60,006 bases of DNA from Eubacteriales bacterium. Its GTDB lineage: Bacteria > Bacillota > Clostridia > Oscillospirales > CAG-272. The first letter of the stretch is position 1; each line of letters begins with the position of its first letter. Of the stretch, positions 44,658 to 54,370 are shown piece by piece. The notes below the pieces were generated by a model. It had not been told where the DNA came from and did not search any database. It saw only the letters and a program-made list of their open reading frames with translations. Made by a program: the position numbers and the translations under genes. The DNA lies in the NCBI GenBank assembly GCA_045644125.1, contig JAZRGJ010000224.1, positions 1 through 60,006 on the forward strand, read 5' to 3'.

Positions 44658-46405
44658 AAACAGAAAATTCAAACAAAAGGGCTCGTCTTGATTTCTTCAA
44701 AGCCTTGTACGAATCCGCAAAGCTTCACTACTCTGACGAGCTTCAGGGCTTTGATTGCAATATGAAGCAATACCGAGGCTCGCTTGAAATAGACGGCTCA
44801 AACGAAAAGGCCATCACCACGAGAAACATAAGCTATGAAATTATAGAAAGCCAGGTTTCGTCCGAAATCCCCTTGCCGAAAGCAGAGCCGTCATCCTACA
44901 GCGAAAAGCGTGACAGATGCGCAAAATCCATAGAAAGACTTCTCTATTCCTTAAGAAGCAAGCTCGATTACGAATCAATAAACGATATAGACGAGCGCTA
45001 CACTTACATTTTCGGCGGAAGCGTCTTTTACGTTGAGTGGGACGGAGCAAAAAGAGAGGGGCGCGAGAGAGGCGGAGTTAAAATTCTTTGCCTTTCGCCC
45101 AAGGATTTCATTCCCCAGCCAAACGTTACCGAAATCTCGGATATGGAGTACTTCTTCTTAAAATTCAGCGCAACCCGAGGCGAGCTTAAATCAAAATACG
45201 GAATAAGCGAGAGCGACTCGCTCCTTGCGGAATGTGAATTTGAGTCCGAGGGAAGCGAGGAATACGACACCGTTTCACTCGTGATAACATTCTATCGCGA
45301 CGAGGACGGCGACGTTGGAAAATTCGTTTTTTCGGGTGACGTTGCTCTTGAGGATTTGCCGAAATATTACTACAGAAAGCTAAAGCTTTGCAAAAGCTGC
45401 GGCGAGGACGAGCTATCTTGCAGATGCAAGAAAAAGAGCTTCGAGGTGATAAACGAAATTTACGAAAAAATCGAGGGCGGCGAGAAAAACTCCGCTACGG
45501 GCGCAGCCTTTCCCGACGCTTTAACGAGAGCCGTCAGCGAAGTTCCCTACTACGTGCCGAGGTCATTCCCCATAGTTATAAGGAAGAACACCTCGAGCGA
45601 AGGCAGGCTTTTCGGACAGTCGGATTGCGATTACATACGCCCCGAGCAGCAAGCCATAAACAAGATAGAATCCCGAATTTTGCAGAAGCTTTTGCGCGCG
45701 GGAGTTACCCCGATAGTACCCGAGGATGCGAGCATCAGCCTTAACAATTCGGTTTTCGGTCAGCTTATAAAAATTCGCCCCGGCGAAAGCGCCGCGCAAT
45801 ACGGAAAGGTTGACACGACGCCCGATATAAGCCAGGACATTGCGGAAGCCGAAAGGCTTTACGACCACTCGAAGCGAATACTCGGAATTTCCGACGCGCT
45901 TCAAGGCCTTGACAGCAAGACCGAGTCGGGCTACGCTCGCCAGCTGAAAATTTCCCAATCAAGCGGCAGACTTGAATCGAAAAGAAAGATGAAGCACAGC
46001 GCCTACGCAAAGCTTGACAGACTTATTTTCGAGCATTATCTGGCTTTTGCCGACGAGCCGCGCGACCTCGTTTACAAGGATTCTTACGGAAGGATTCACA
46101 ATACGGAATTCTCACGCCACGACTTTATAGAATACGACATTGAGGACGAGAGCTTCTATTATTACGACGCGTATCTTTTCTCAATCGACTTGAATACGGG
46201 CGCAGAATACCAAAGAGAAACCCTTTGGGAGAGAAATTTCGAGAATCTCAAAGCAGGAACTCTCGGCGACCCCGCCCTCCCCTCGACGCTGCTTCGATAC
46301 TGGCAATTTCAAGAGAGGGCGCACTACCCCTACGCAAGAGAAAACGTTGAATATTTTCTCGGCCTGATAAACGAAAGCGAGGAACGAAGCGGTGAAGTCA
46401 TATGA
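44654..46405 (+). CDS. Putative portal protein (with a Cys4 insertion)
   Basis: 583 aa. GTGA overlap with the terL stop, in the canonical position and of the canonical size for a portal. No portal motif was recognised by eye. Confidence 0.55.
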   Translation: MKTENSNKRARLDFFKALYESAKLHYSDELQGFDCNMKQYRGSLEIDGSNEKAITTRNISYEIIESQVSSEIPLPKAEPSSYSEKRDRCAKSIERLLYSLRSKLDYESINDIDERYTYIFGGSVFYVEWDGAKREGRERGGVKILCLSPKDFIPQPNVTEISDMEYFFLKFSATRGELKSKYGISESDSLLAECEFESEGSEEYDTVSLVITFYRDEDGDVGKFVFSGDVALEDLPKYYYRKLKLCKSCGEDELSCRCKKKSFEVINEIYEKIEGGEKNSATGAAFPDALTRAVSEVPYYVPRSFPIVIRKNTSSEGRLFGQSDCDYIRPEQQAINKIESRILQKLLRAGVTPIVPEDASISLNNSVFGQLIKIRPGESAAQYGKVDTTPDISQDIAEAERLYDHSKRILGISDALQGLDSKTESGYARQLKISQSSGRLESKRKMKHSAYAKLDRLIFEHYLAFADEPRDLVYKDSYGRIHNTEFSRHDFIEYDIEDESFYYYDAYLFSIDLNTGAEYQRETLWERNFENLKAGTLGDPALPSTLLRYWQFQERAHYPYARENVEYFLGLINESEERSGEVI

Positions 46406-47267
46406 AGAAATCATAAAGGACTACGTCGCCGAAAACGCAGACGTGCTTAACGAAAAATCCCCTACGAAAAGGGGCATTATCAAATTCAGCGAAGCGGTTT
46501 CGAGAGCCATTCTCGAGCGCAAAATTCGTGACACGGGGTACGGCGACCTCGCTGAAAGCTTGGCATCGGCAGGGCTTTCGGGAAGCGGATACGCCGACTA
46601 TATCAAAGGGCGGGCAGACGCAAACGTCATCGGCAAAACCAAGACTGCCTTAGATGAAAAAATGGGCGGCGACGAGATGCTCGACTACGAAATCGGCATA
46701 GAAAAAGAGCGGCTTGAAAAAAAGCGGCTCGAAGAAAAAGAAAAAGAGAAAAAGCGGCTTGAGGAGCTTGAAAAAAAGCGACTTGAAAAGGAAGAAAAGG
46801 AAAAAGCCGCCGCCGAGAAAAAGGAGGCTGAGCGCCTTGAAAAAGAGCGCAAGGAGCTTGAGAAAAACAAGAAGACCGTTTTAAGCTTCGCAAACGCAAA
46901 CAACGTAACGGATGCAAGCGTCTTATATAACTACGCTATATCGCTCGGACTTGAAGAAAGTGACGCAAAAGAGATTTCCGAGAGCGCCTCAAAAAACGTT
47001 TCGGAAAAGCTGAGAGTCAAAAACATAGAAAAAGCGCGCGAGCATATAGTGACGGAGCGCTTCACGAGAAATCAGGCCTACGCTTACGCATTAAGCCTCG
47101 GCCTTTCGGAAAGGGACGCTTTGGAGCTTGCCTACTTCGCTTACGAGATAAATCAGGACACCTCAAACATTCTCGACTACGAGGGAGTGCGTGAGCCGCC
47201 GAAAAACCAAGCGCCCCCGAAAAACGACATAAAACACAAAAATAAACTAGAAACGAAAACGGAGTAA
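46392..47267 (+). CDS. Acidic/KE-rich coiled-coil protein (scaffold-like or minor head protein)
   Basis: 291 aa. The KKRLEEKEKEKKRLEELEKKRLEKEEKEK stretch and a duplicated SLGL(E/S)E(S/R)DA segment are present. It overlaps the portal end. Confidence 0.4.
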   Translation: MKSYEEIIKDYVAENADVLNEKSPTKRGIIKFSEAVSRAILERKIRDTGYGDLAESLASAGLSGSGYADYIKGRADANVIGKTKTALDEKMGGDEMLDYEIGIEKERLEKKRLEEKEKEKKRLEELEKKRLEKEEKEKAAAEKKEAERLEKERKELEKNKKTVLSFANANNVTDASVLYNYAISLGLEESDAKEISESASKNVSEKLRVKNIEKAREHIVTERFTRNQAYAYALSLGLSERDALELAYFAYEINQDTSNILDYEGVREPPKNQAPPKNDIKHKNKLETKTE

Positions 47268-47271
47268 AAAA

Positions 47272-47409
47272 ATGAAAGAAAGAAATTATTCACCCTACGC
47301 TACCTTCTCCACGGAGAAAATCAACGCGCCGAAGCCCAAGGCAAAGGGCGAGCCCAAATCCACGAAAATCACAGGAAAGGGCGACCTTCGCGCCAAGGGT
47401 AACAAATAA
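47272..47409 (+). CDS. Small basic protein (45 aa; below the ORF-track cutoff)
   Basis: ATG at 47272 with a GGAG RBS 7 nt upstream. It encodes MKERNYSPYATFSTEKINAPKPKAKGEPKSTKITGKGDLRAKGNK. Its stop overlaps the next ATG (TAATG). Confidence 0.45.
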   Translation: MKERNYSPYATFSTEKINAPKPKAKGEPKSTKITGKGDLRAKGNK

Positions 47410-47849
47410 TGGAAGAGAGCATTCTTGATACTACTTCGCTCGAAGAAAATTCGAGCGGCGGCGACGGGGATTTCAATGAAAGCGCCGATACGTGTGTTGA
47501 AATTTCAAGCGACGGCTACGAGGAGCTTATCGAGCGCGACCTTGACGCCTTAAGAGCCGCTATCCCCGAGCTTGAAAACATAAAGGACATCTCGGAGCTT
47601 GAAAACCCCGTGCGCTACGGAGCGCTGAGAGATCTCGGCTTAAGCCCCGAGGAAGCTTACAGAGCGACGACGACGGGCAGAAAAGAGCGCCGCCCCGATA
47701 ACCGAGCGCACTTAAGAAGCTCCGTCCCGAGAGCCGTGCGCTCACCGGAGAGCAACATCTCCTACCGCGAGCTTGAAATCGCGCGTGAGATATTTTCAGG
47801 TGTCAGCGATGCGGAAATCCAAAGATTATACAGAAAAGTAACGAAATAA
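47409..47849 (+). CDS. Acidic protein, candidate scaffolding protein
   Basis: 146 aa. Highly acidic N-terminal half with a helical C terminus, lying upstream of the capsid-size ORF. Confidence 0.4.
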   Translation: MEESILDTTSLEENSSGGDGDFNESADTCVEISSDGYEELIERDLDALRAAIPELENIKDISELENPVRYGALRDLGLSPEEAYRATTTGRKERRPDNRAHLRSSVPRAVRSPESNISYRELEIAREIFSGVSDAEIQRLYRKVTK

Positions 47850-47862
47850 GAAAGGAAAACAA

Positions 47863-48300
47863 ATGTTTAAGCTTAAGAAAATTTTAAACAAACACAACAA
47901 TGCGCCCGAGTTTGAGGTGCAGAAAATGTCGTACGACGCAATCGGTGTAAAGGAGGCGGTCTATCTTTTCTCAAGCAGCGAGCTGACCTCATTCGTCGAT
48001 GAGAGCGAAGGATCGCACACCTATTATGTCTCGTATGCGAACATCGGAGAGTTTGACGACAACAGAGACGCCCTTTGCTACAGAATAACCCCCGATATGT
48101 TCTTCGAGGTAAAATGCGAAAACGGAGGCGAGATCCCCGATGTGGGAAAGAAATTCGTTCTTTACAGAAGCTTTGATAAGCAAGGCTTTTCGTCCGTACA
48201 AATCGTCAGCTCCTCGCAAAACAGCGACGGCTACGTGGTAGACGCCAGCAACTGGGACGTCAACAAGACGGTGCTCGTAAGATTCCACTGCAAACAGTGA
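47863..48300 (+). CDS. Hypothetical virion-module protein (145 aa)
   Basis: Good RBS (AAAGGAAAACAAATG). It sits between the scaffold-like and capsid-like ORFs and could be a decoration or head protein. Confidence 0.4.
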   Translation: MFKLKKILNKHNNAPEFEVQKMSYDAIGVKEAVYLFSSSELTSFVDESEGSHTYYVSYANIGEFDDNRDALCYRITPDMFFEVKCENGGEIPDVGKKFVLYRSFDKQGFSSVQIVSSSQNSDGYVVDASNWDVNKTVLVRFHCKQ

Positions 48301-48320
48301 TTTAAAAGAAAGGAAACAAG

Positions 48321-49364
48321 ATGATAATTTATTCTAAAAACCCCGAAAACCAGGGCGCATACGGCAAAATCGATACGCCCGTAAAAATGATAATAGAGCA
48401 TGAGAGCGACCTCCTCAAAAAAAGGGGCGGCATATGCGACTGGCTCTTCAACGTTGAGAAAAGCTCACGCTTCGGCGAAACCATCATAGCGGAAAACGAG
48501 TTCGACGTTTTCCAATACGCCCTCGAGGGCACGGGCGCTATGAGCGACGAAATCCGTGAAACCTCGAAGAAATTCATCGAACATATTCAGTTCATGAAGG
48601 AATTTATAATTTCCGCAGAAATGATGGAGGATGCCGTGTGGGGCATTGCGCAGGATGCAAAGCGCAGAGCCGAAAACTTCACACGCGCCTACTATAAAAC
48701 CATGAACAAGATTTGCGAAGCGGCGCTTATAAACGGAAATCGCGGCTCGGCTAAATTTGCCGGCGCAACCCTCGACCTCACCTCCCCCGACGGAGCCCCC
48801 CTCTTCTCAAGACACAACAACAACGGCACAACCCAGAGCAACCATTTTTACGGTGATATAATTTCAAGCACCGTAAATTCAAAAAGAGAAAGCTCTACTT
48901 CGGTTTTCGAAGAGGCTCTCGCAAAGCTCAGCGTTATCATGAGAAACTTCAAGGACGAAAGAGGCGAGCCCCTCGGCTACACGGCAGACACCCTCATCCT
49001 CCCCGGCAACAAGCCGAAGCTTGAATCCATAGTCAAGAAGGTTTGCGGCTCGGAAGGAGCGCTCGGAAACGGATATAACGACATAAACCTCCACTACGGA
49101 AACTGGAATATCGTTATTCTTCCCAACTGGCAGCCTGCCGACAATCGCCTTATGGTTATGTCTAGCGAGGCTAACAAAAACCTTTCGGGAAATATGTTCT
49201 TCAACAGAGTTCCCCTCACCGTTTCAAGCTGGGTGGACCACCACACCGGGAACTACGTTTGGAACGGAAGATGCAGATTCGGCGTAGGCTTTGGCTCTTA
49301 TAAGCACATTTTGCTTGCGGTTGATTCCGAATCGAACGTTTCGGGCGCAGAAAAGCTCGCCTAA
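48321..49364 (+). CDS. Putative major capsid protein
   Basis: 347 aa, the size and position typical of an HK97-fold/T7-like MCP. It is followed by a strong hairpin. The call rests on context only. Confidence 0.5.
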   Translation: MIIYSKNPENQGAYGKIDTPVKMIIEHESDLLKKRGGICDWLFNVEKSSRFGETIIAENEFDVFQYALEGTGAMSDEIRETSKKFIEHIQFMKEFIISAEMMEDAVWGIAQDAKRRAENFTRAYYKTMNKICEAALINGNRGSAKFAGATLDLTSPDGAPLFSRHNNNGTTQSNHFYGDIISSTVNSKRESSTSVFEEALAKLSVIMRNFKDERGEPLGYTADTLILPGNKPKLESIVKKVCGSEGALGNGYNDINLHYGNWNIVILPNWQPADNRLMVMSSEANKNLSGNMFFNRVPLTVSSWVDHHTGNYVWNGRCRFGVGFGSYKHILLAVDSESNVSGAEKLA

Positions 49365-49369
49365 GCGTG

Positions 49370-49392
49370 ACGGGCGGATTTTATCCGCCCGT
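49370..49392 (+). other. Stable hairpin after the capsid-like gene (attenuator/mRNA stabiliser; no U-tract)
   Basis: ACGGGCGGA-TTTTA-TCCGCCCGT, a 9-bp GC-rich stem, 6 nt after the stop codon. Confidence 0.6.
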
Positions 49393-49418
49393 TAAAACTA
49401 AACAAAGAAAGGAGAACT

Positions 49419-50261
49419 ATGACACTTAACGAATTAAAAAAAGAAGTTCTCGCGCTTACGTTTGAAACGGAGCTTGATTCGAGCGAGGCGTTCGTTTTTG
49501 CCGCAAACCGCGCCCTCTGCGAAATTCACGGCGATATAGACAGGCGCGAGTTTTTGAAAATATACAAAAGAAAGCTTGAATACATAGAGCGCTACGAGAA
49601 GCTCTCGCACGAGGGCGGAAGCGATTTTTCAATAAGCTTATCGGGCAAGGCTTTCAGCCTTACCGCATCCGGCGTAGGCAAGATTATCTTAAGCGACGCC
49701 GCCCGCCAAGAAGTAATCGATTTTTGCGGCGCAGCCACCGTAATAAAACGAAAAGTGACGGGCGGCGAGGCTCTCTTGAAATTTACGGGCGACTTTGACT
49801 ATGAAATCCATAATCTTGCGAGCTTCGGATTTTTGACGGGAGAGAGTGACTCCGACATCCCCCTTTTCGAGAGCTTTGAAAGAGTTGACGTGAAGTCGCG
49901 CGATCCCCTTTTCCTCGCTTTGCTAAGCGCGCCGAAAAACGGGCGAGGCGAGCTTATCCCCGGATTGAGAACCGAGGGCGGCTTGCTTTTTATCCCCCGT
50001 GAATACGAGGGCGAAATAAACCTTTGCTACAAGCGCTTGCCAAAAGAAATTTCCAAAGACGCCACGGATGCCGAGATCGATATTTCGCCCGAATGTTCGC
50101 ATCTTCTCGCTCTGCGATGCGCCGCTTATCTTCTCTTCGACGGAAACGAGGGGCTGGCGGAATACTATTTATCGCTATATAACAGCGCCCTCGGAGCTTT
50201 GAAGCTGACTATGAGAAAGGTGACGTCCGAAAGCTACTCCGACGTTTTGGGGTGGGCGTGA
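49419..50261 (+). CDS. Hypothetical virion protein (adaptor/tubular-A position)
   Basis: 280 aa with an AAAGGAG RBS. TGATG coupling to the following large ORF. Confidence 0.4.
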   Translation: MTLNELKKEVLALTFETELDSSEAFVFAANRALCEIHGDIDRREFLKIYKRKLEYIERYEKLSHEGGSDFSISLSGKAFSLTASGVGKIILSDAARQEVIDFCGAATVIKRKVTGGEALLKFTGDFDYEIHNLASFGFLTGESDSDIPLFESFERVDVKSRDPLFLALLSAPKNGRGELIPGLRTEGGLLFIPREYEGEINLCYKRLPKEISKDATDAEIDISPECSHLLALRCAAYLLFDGNEGLAEYYLSLYNSALGALKLTMRKVTSESYSDVLGWA

Positions 50262-52978
50262 TGGCGAGATTTAAAAAAGCGAGAGCGGGCGCAGAGTATT
50301 CGGTGAATTACTCTTCAATGGGCGGCGTAGATTTCTCTTCCCCCGACAGCATCAGCGGACGCCGCCGCTATTCTTACCTTGAAAATATGTATAGGGATTA
50401 CGACGGCGAGGGCGCAGAGCTTACGGAAAGCGTCCCCGGCTTCAGAAAAATCTTTTCCCTTGGCGAAAGGATAAACGGCTTTTATCTTCAAAGAATCAAA
50501 AAGGACGAGGAATACCTGATAATCCACGCAGGGCGCAAGCTTTACCGCGCGGCGCTTTGCGATATAGACGAGGGGCTTGAGCTTCAACCCTTAAGAACGG
50601 TAAACGACGGCAAAAGCGCGGGATTTTCTTTCGGAAAAAGCGTTTTCATTCTCGACGGCTCGAAAATTGCCCGCATTGACGAAAACGGCGCAGCGTCATT
50701 CGTCAGCGACGGCAGCGCAGCCGCTCCTTACGTCCCGACGACCTACGTAAATTCAAAGGAATACGAGCAACTAAATCTTTTGACACGGCAGTTTTTCGAG
50801 GAGTTTTACGTCGCCTTTCCCGAGGATATAGCCTACGAAACGCCGGGCCTTGAATACAGAATACTCGACAAGGATTTGAAAAAATGCGCCGTAACGGGTA
50901 TCAGTAATTCGTTTTCGGGCGACCTTTACATCCCCTCGTTTGCGAATATCGGCGGCGAGCGATACCAGGTCGAAAAAATAGACGAAATGGCGTTTGCCGA
51001 CAGTCTTGGAATAAAAACTCTCACGATTTCAGACGGAGTCCGAGAGATAGGAAAAAGGGCTTTTTCCTACGCATCAAAGCTAAGCAAGGTAACGCTTCCC
51101 GACAGCGTAAGCGAAGTTGGCGACGGCGCTTTCGAGCACTCAATTTCGCTTGTGGAAATACGGCTCGGAAAAGACCTTGTAAGCTTGGGAAAGGGCACGT
51201 TTGACGGATGCATCAATCTTGTGACTGTGAAATACGCATACGAGGCGATAGGCCTCGGAATAATCGGCTCTGCCGCCTCGATTCCCGAAAAGGCGACGGT
51301 GATTGAATATTCAAAAAACGACACTTTGAGAGCCGAGATTCCGATAAAAACGCCGACTGACACCCTCGTTGAGCTTTTGGTGGGAGAAGAGAGCGTAGAT
51401 TTCACGGAGACTTACGACGGCGATCTTATAAAGAGCGTTATCATCCCCTCCGTCGAAAAGAAAAAGCTTACGTCTGCGACGGTAAAAATACGTGGTTACG
51501 CTCACAGAACGAAATTCAATTTCAACTCCCCCGGCATCAATTTTATAAGCGGCATGGGCGGAGCTGAGCCGAGCGAGGCGATAAACAACTGTACGGTTTG
51601 CGAGTGCTTTGACGGAAGAGTTTTCCTCTCGGGAAATCCGAGCTTTCCGAATACGGTTTTTTATTCCGCAAGAGATAAAAGCGGAAACGTAAATCCCCTT
51701 TACTTCGGGGTTATGAATTACTTTAACGACGGCGTCGGGGGCTTCCCGATAAACTCCCTGCTCTCCTCGGGCGACTCGCTTGCCGTTTTCAAATCGGGAG
51801 ATGACGGCGGCGGCAGTATTTTCTATCACTCGCCGCATGAAACCGGCATTGATATTTTGCCTAAGATATACCCCGTGTCGTATATTCACTCCGGAATTTG
51901 CGCTCTCGGCGAATCAATTTCATTTTTTGACGATCCCATTTTCATCTCGGCAATAGGCGTTTTGGCGCTTGATAAAAAGGCGATAAATCTCGACAGAAGC
52001 ATCGCTTGCCGCTCGCATAACGTAAACCCAGAGCTTCTTTCGTCAAATCTTTCGAAAGCGAGCCTTGCCATTTGGTCGGGGTATCTTGTCGTACTTACCG
52101 AGGGAAAGATATTCCTTGCGGATTCAAGGGCGCTTTTCAGGCACGAAACGGGAAACACCGAATACGAGTGGTACTATCTTTCGGGCATCGGGACTTACAC
52201 GGGCGACGACTTCGCTTACGAATACATAAAAAGCGACGATCCCTTATATGAAACGCGTGAAGAGCTTATCGGAGAGAGGACGGAGTCTTGCGTTTATTCT
52301 GAGAAAAACGCCGACGGCGAGGATTGCTTTTACGTTTTGGAGGGAGGAAGAAAATACAGAGTCGGAAAAAGCGGCGAGCGCTTCGGCGGAGATTTTCACC
52401 CTGCGAGCATTGCCTTTGCAATTGATAATAAGCTCTTGTTTTTCGGCACGGAAAACGGCGACGTTTGCGTATTCAATAACGACAAGCGAGGAGTGCCGCC
52501 CGAAAGGCTCGCAGAAGCCAACGACTTTGACAGAGCGGCATACGACTCCGCAATGAAGCGAAGCATCCACCCCGACTTTTATTCATTCGACAAGCATGCG
52601 CCAAGATATGCGCTCTCAACCGTGAGCGACGACGGCGACGTGCCCGACATGACGAAGGACACGGTCAAGGGCTCTTTGGTTTTGAAATGCAAGTGCTTCG
52701 GCTCGGGCGCTTTCACGGTTGAGGTCGGCACGAATAAAAAGGGCTACCGAGAGCTTGCGAGCTTTTCGGATTCCCGCCTTGACTTTGAGGATTTCGACTT
52801 CGGAAGCCTTGCCTTTTTCGCAGAGAAGCGAGTCAATATACCGATAGCCGAAAAGGAGAGAGGCTGGGTTGACAAAACCGTTTCCGTTTATTCGGAAAAA
52901 TTCCGCTCCCCCTTTGGCGTGTATTCAATATCCTACCGCTTCCGCCCGAGAGGAAAAATCAAAAACGCAAAAATTTAG
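50261..52978 (+). CDS. Large tail/nozzle-like protein with an embedded BspA-type LRR module
   Basis: 905 aa from the ATG at 50261. Residues ~200-345 carry LRR_5 units (IDEMAFADSLGIKTLTISDGVREIGKRAFSYASKLSKVTLPDSVSEVGDGAFEHSISLVEIRL). The C-terminal ~550 aa look like repeated beta structure. Confidence 0.5.
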   Translation: MARFKKARAGAEYSVNYSSMGGVDFSSPDSISGRRRYSYLENMYRDYDGEGAELTESVPGFRKIFSLGERINGFYLQRIKKDEEYLIIHAGRKLYRAALCDIDEGLELQPLRTVNDGKSAGFSFGKSVFILDGSKIARIDENGAASFVSDGSAAAPYVPTTYVNSKEYEQLNLLTRQFFEEFYVAFPEDIAYETPGLEYRILDKDLKKCAVTGISNSFSGDLYIPSFANIGGERYQVEKIDEMAFADSLGIKTLTISDGVREIGKRAFSYASKLSKVTLPDSVSEVGDGAFEHSISLVEIRLGKDLVSLGKGTFDGCINLVTVKYAYEAIGLGIIGSAASIPEKATVIEYSKNDTLRAEIPIKTPTDTLVELLVGEESVDFTETYDGDLIKSVIIPSVEKKKLTSATVKIRGYAHRTKFNFNSPGINFISGMGGAEPSEAINNCTVCECFDGRVFLSGNPSFPNTVFYSARDKSGNVNPLYFGVMNYFNDGVGGFPINSLLSSGDSLAVFKSGDDGGGSIFYHSPHETGIDILPKIYPVSYIHSGICALGESISFFDDPIFISAIGVLALDKKAINLDRSIACRSHNVNPELLSSNLSKASLAIWSGYLVVLTEGKIFLADSRALFRHETGNTEYEWYYLSGIGTYTGDDFAYEYIKSDDPLYETREELIGERTESCVYSEKNADGEDCFYVLEGGRKYRVGKSGERFGGDFHPASIAFAIDNKLLFFGTENGDVCVFNNDKRGVPPERLAEANDFDRAAYDSAMKRSIHPDFYSFDKHAPRYALSTVSDDGDVPDMTKDTVKGSLVLKCKCFGSGAFTVEVGTNKKGYRELASFSDSRLDFEDFDFGSLAFFAEKRVNIPIAEKERGWVDKTVSVYSEKFRSPFGVYSISYRFRPRGKIKNAKI

Positions 52979-52991
52979 AAAGGAAAAACTT

Positions 52992-53378
52992 ATGCAAAGC
53001 AAAAAAATCGAGGAATCCGAAACTCTTAACCTGAAAGTTTCAGCGCTTCCGACAAGACCGACCGCCTCCTCCGCTTTCGGAGGGCGCGGCTATACCGCCG
53101 CTGAAATGAAAGCGGCGTTTGACAAATTTCCCGAATTTATTTTGGAAAAGCTCAATCTTCTTATAGACGACCTGCTTCGTGAGGGCGAGGACTCTTACGT
53201 CGGCGGCTTTCAAACGGGGATTAAAGAAAATTACAGCTTAAAAAATCTTATCGACGGAATTCTTAGCGGAGAATTTGCAAATCTTCTTAAGGTAAACGGC
53301 AAAAGCCTCGCCTCCGTTATAGCCGAGCTTGAAGACGAAATTCTCGAATTAAGAGAAAGGAGCGCGGCTGCCGGGTGA
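52992..53378 (+). CDS. Hypothetical protein (128 aa)
   Basis: ATG at 52992 with a GAAAGGAAAAA RBS. The track ORF start at 52869 lies inside the previous gene. Confidence 0.45.
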   Translation: MQSKKIEESETLNLKVSALPTRPTASSAFGGRGYTAAEMKAAFDKFPEFILEKLNLLIDDLLREGEDSYVGGFQTGIKENYSLKNLIDGILSGEFANLLKVNGKSLASVIAELEDEILELRERSAAAG

Positions 53379-53773
53379 ACGTAATTTACTACAAAAGACG
53401 CTTCGGAAAATTTGAATGCGAAAGAATTAAAATCTCGCAACCGACAAGCGAAACGGAGATTCGATTCGACGTTGAAATCGAGGGCAGCGTTTTGCTCGGT
53501 AAAACTCTTAAGAAAATCGAGGGAAAAAGCTGTATTTTTGACACTGGTAGGCTTGAAGACGGGTTTTACCGCCCATCCATCCACCTCAAAGCCTCCGTAA
53601 TCGAGCCCGAGGGATTTGAAATTTCGGGCGGAATTCCAAAGCTCGTCCCGAAAGACGACGCTTATATAAGAGAGCTTTCACGTCGCATCGACGCTCTCTT
53701 TTCGGAATGTTCCGAAATCAAAGAAAAGCTTTCGGAGCACGAAGGAAAAATCAACGGAAACCCATTATTTTAA
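53375..53773 (+). CDS. Hypothetical protein (132 aa)
   Basis: GTG start overlapping the upstream stop (GTGA). Confidence 0.4.
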   Translation: MNVIYYKRRFGKFECERIKISQPTSETEIRFDVEIEGSVLLGKTLKKIEGKSCIFDTGRLEDGFYRPSIHLKASVIEPEGFEISGGIPKLVPKDDAYIRELSRRIDALFSECSEIKEKLSEHEGKINGNPLF

Positions 53774-53787
53774 AGAAAGGAATTTTT

Positions 53788-54369
53788 ATGAAAAAGAAAA
53801 CGAAAATACTTATTGGCATAGCCTTTACGCTGACGCTTTTATCGCTCCTTGCCGTATCCTCATTCGCAAGCGAAGAGATTCAGAGCGCAGCTGAGGAGGT
53901 CGGCGTATTTGCCGAAATTTACGCCTATCTTTACGCTAACGCAGACAAAATTTTCTCACTTCTTGCCTTTATCGGCGCTCTTATTATAAGCTTCTCTTAC
54001 AAAAAGGGGCTCTTCCCTTTCGTTGAAAAGGGGCTCTCGGCTCTTGCCGCCTCCGTGAAATCCTTAAGGGAGGAAACGGAAAAAAACAAGATTGACAAAG
54101 AGAGCTTTATGGACGAGGTGGCAAAGGCGCTTTCGGAATCCGAAAACGCGTTAAATGCGAGCCTTGAAAAGCTTTCAAGCCTTGAAGCCGAGCTTGCAAA
54201 GGCGGCGCTTATCGGCAAGAAAACGGAGGAATTCCGACAGGTTTTACTTGCGGAAGTTGAAATGATATACGATATTTTCACCTCGTCCTCACTCCCGCAA
54301 TACCAAAAGGACAAGGTCGGAGAGGCTTACTTAAGAATGAAGCGCTCGCTCGACGGACAAGAGGAATAA
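53788..54369 (+). CDS. Membrane/secreted coiled-coil protein (193 aa)
   Basis: ATG at 53788 (AAAGGAA RBS). The signal-like MKKKTKILIGIAFTLTLLSLLAVSSFA is followed by a second TM segment and then a coiled coil. Confidence 0.5.
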   Translation: MKKKTKILIGIAFTLTLLSLLAVSSFASEEIQSAAEEVGVFAEIYAYLYANADKIFSLLAFIGALIISFSYKKGLFPFVEKGLSALAASVKSLREETEKNKIDKESFMDEVAKALSESENALNASLEKLSSLEAELAKAALIGKKTEEFRQVLLAEVEMIYDIFTSSSLPQYQKDKVGEAYLRMKRSLDGQEE

Positions 54370-54370
54370 A

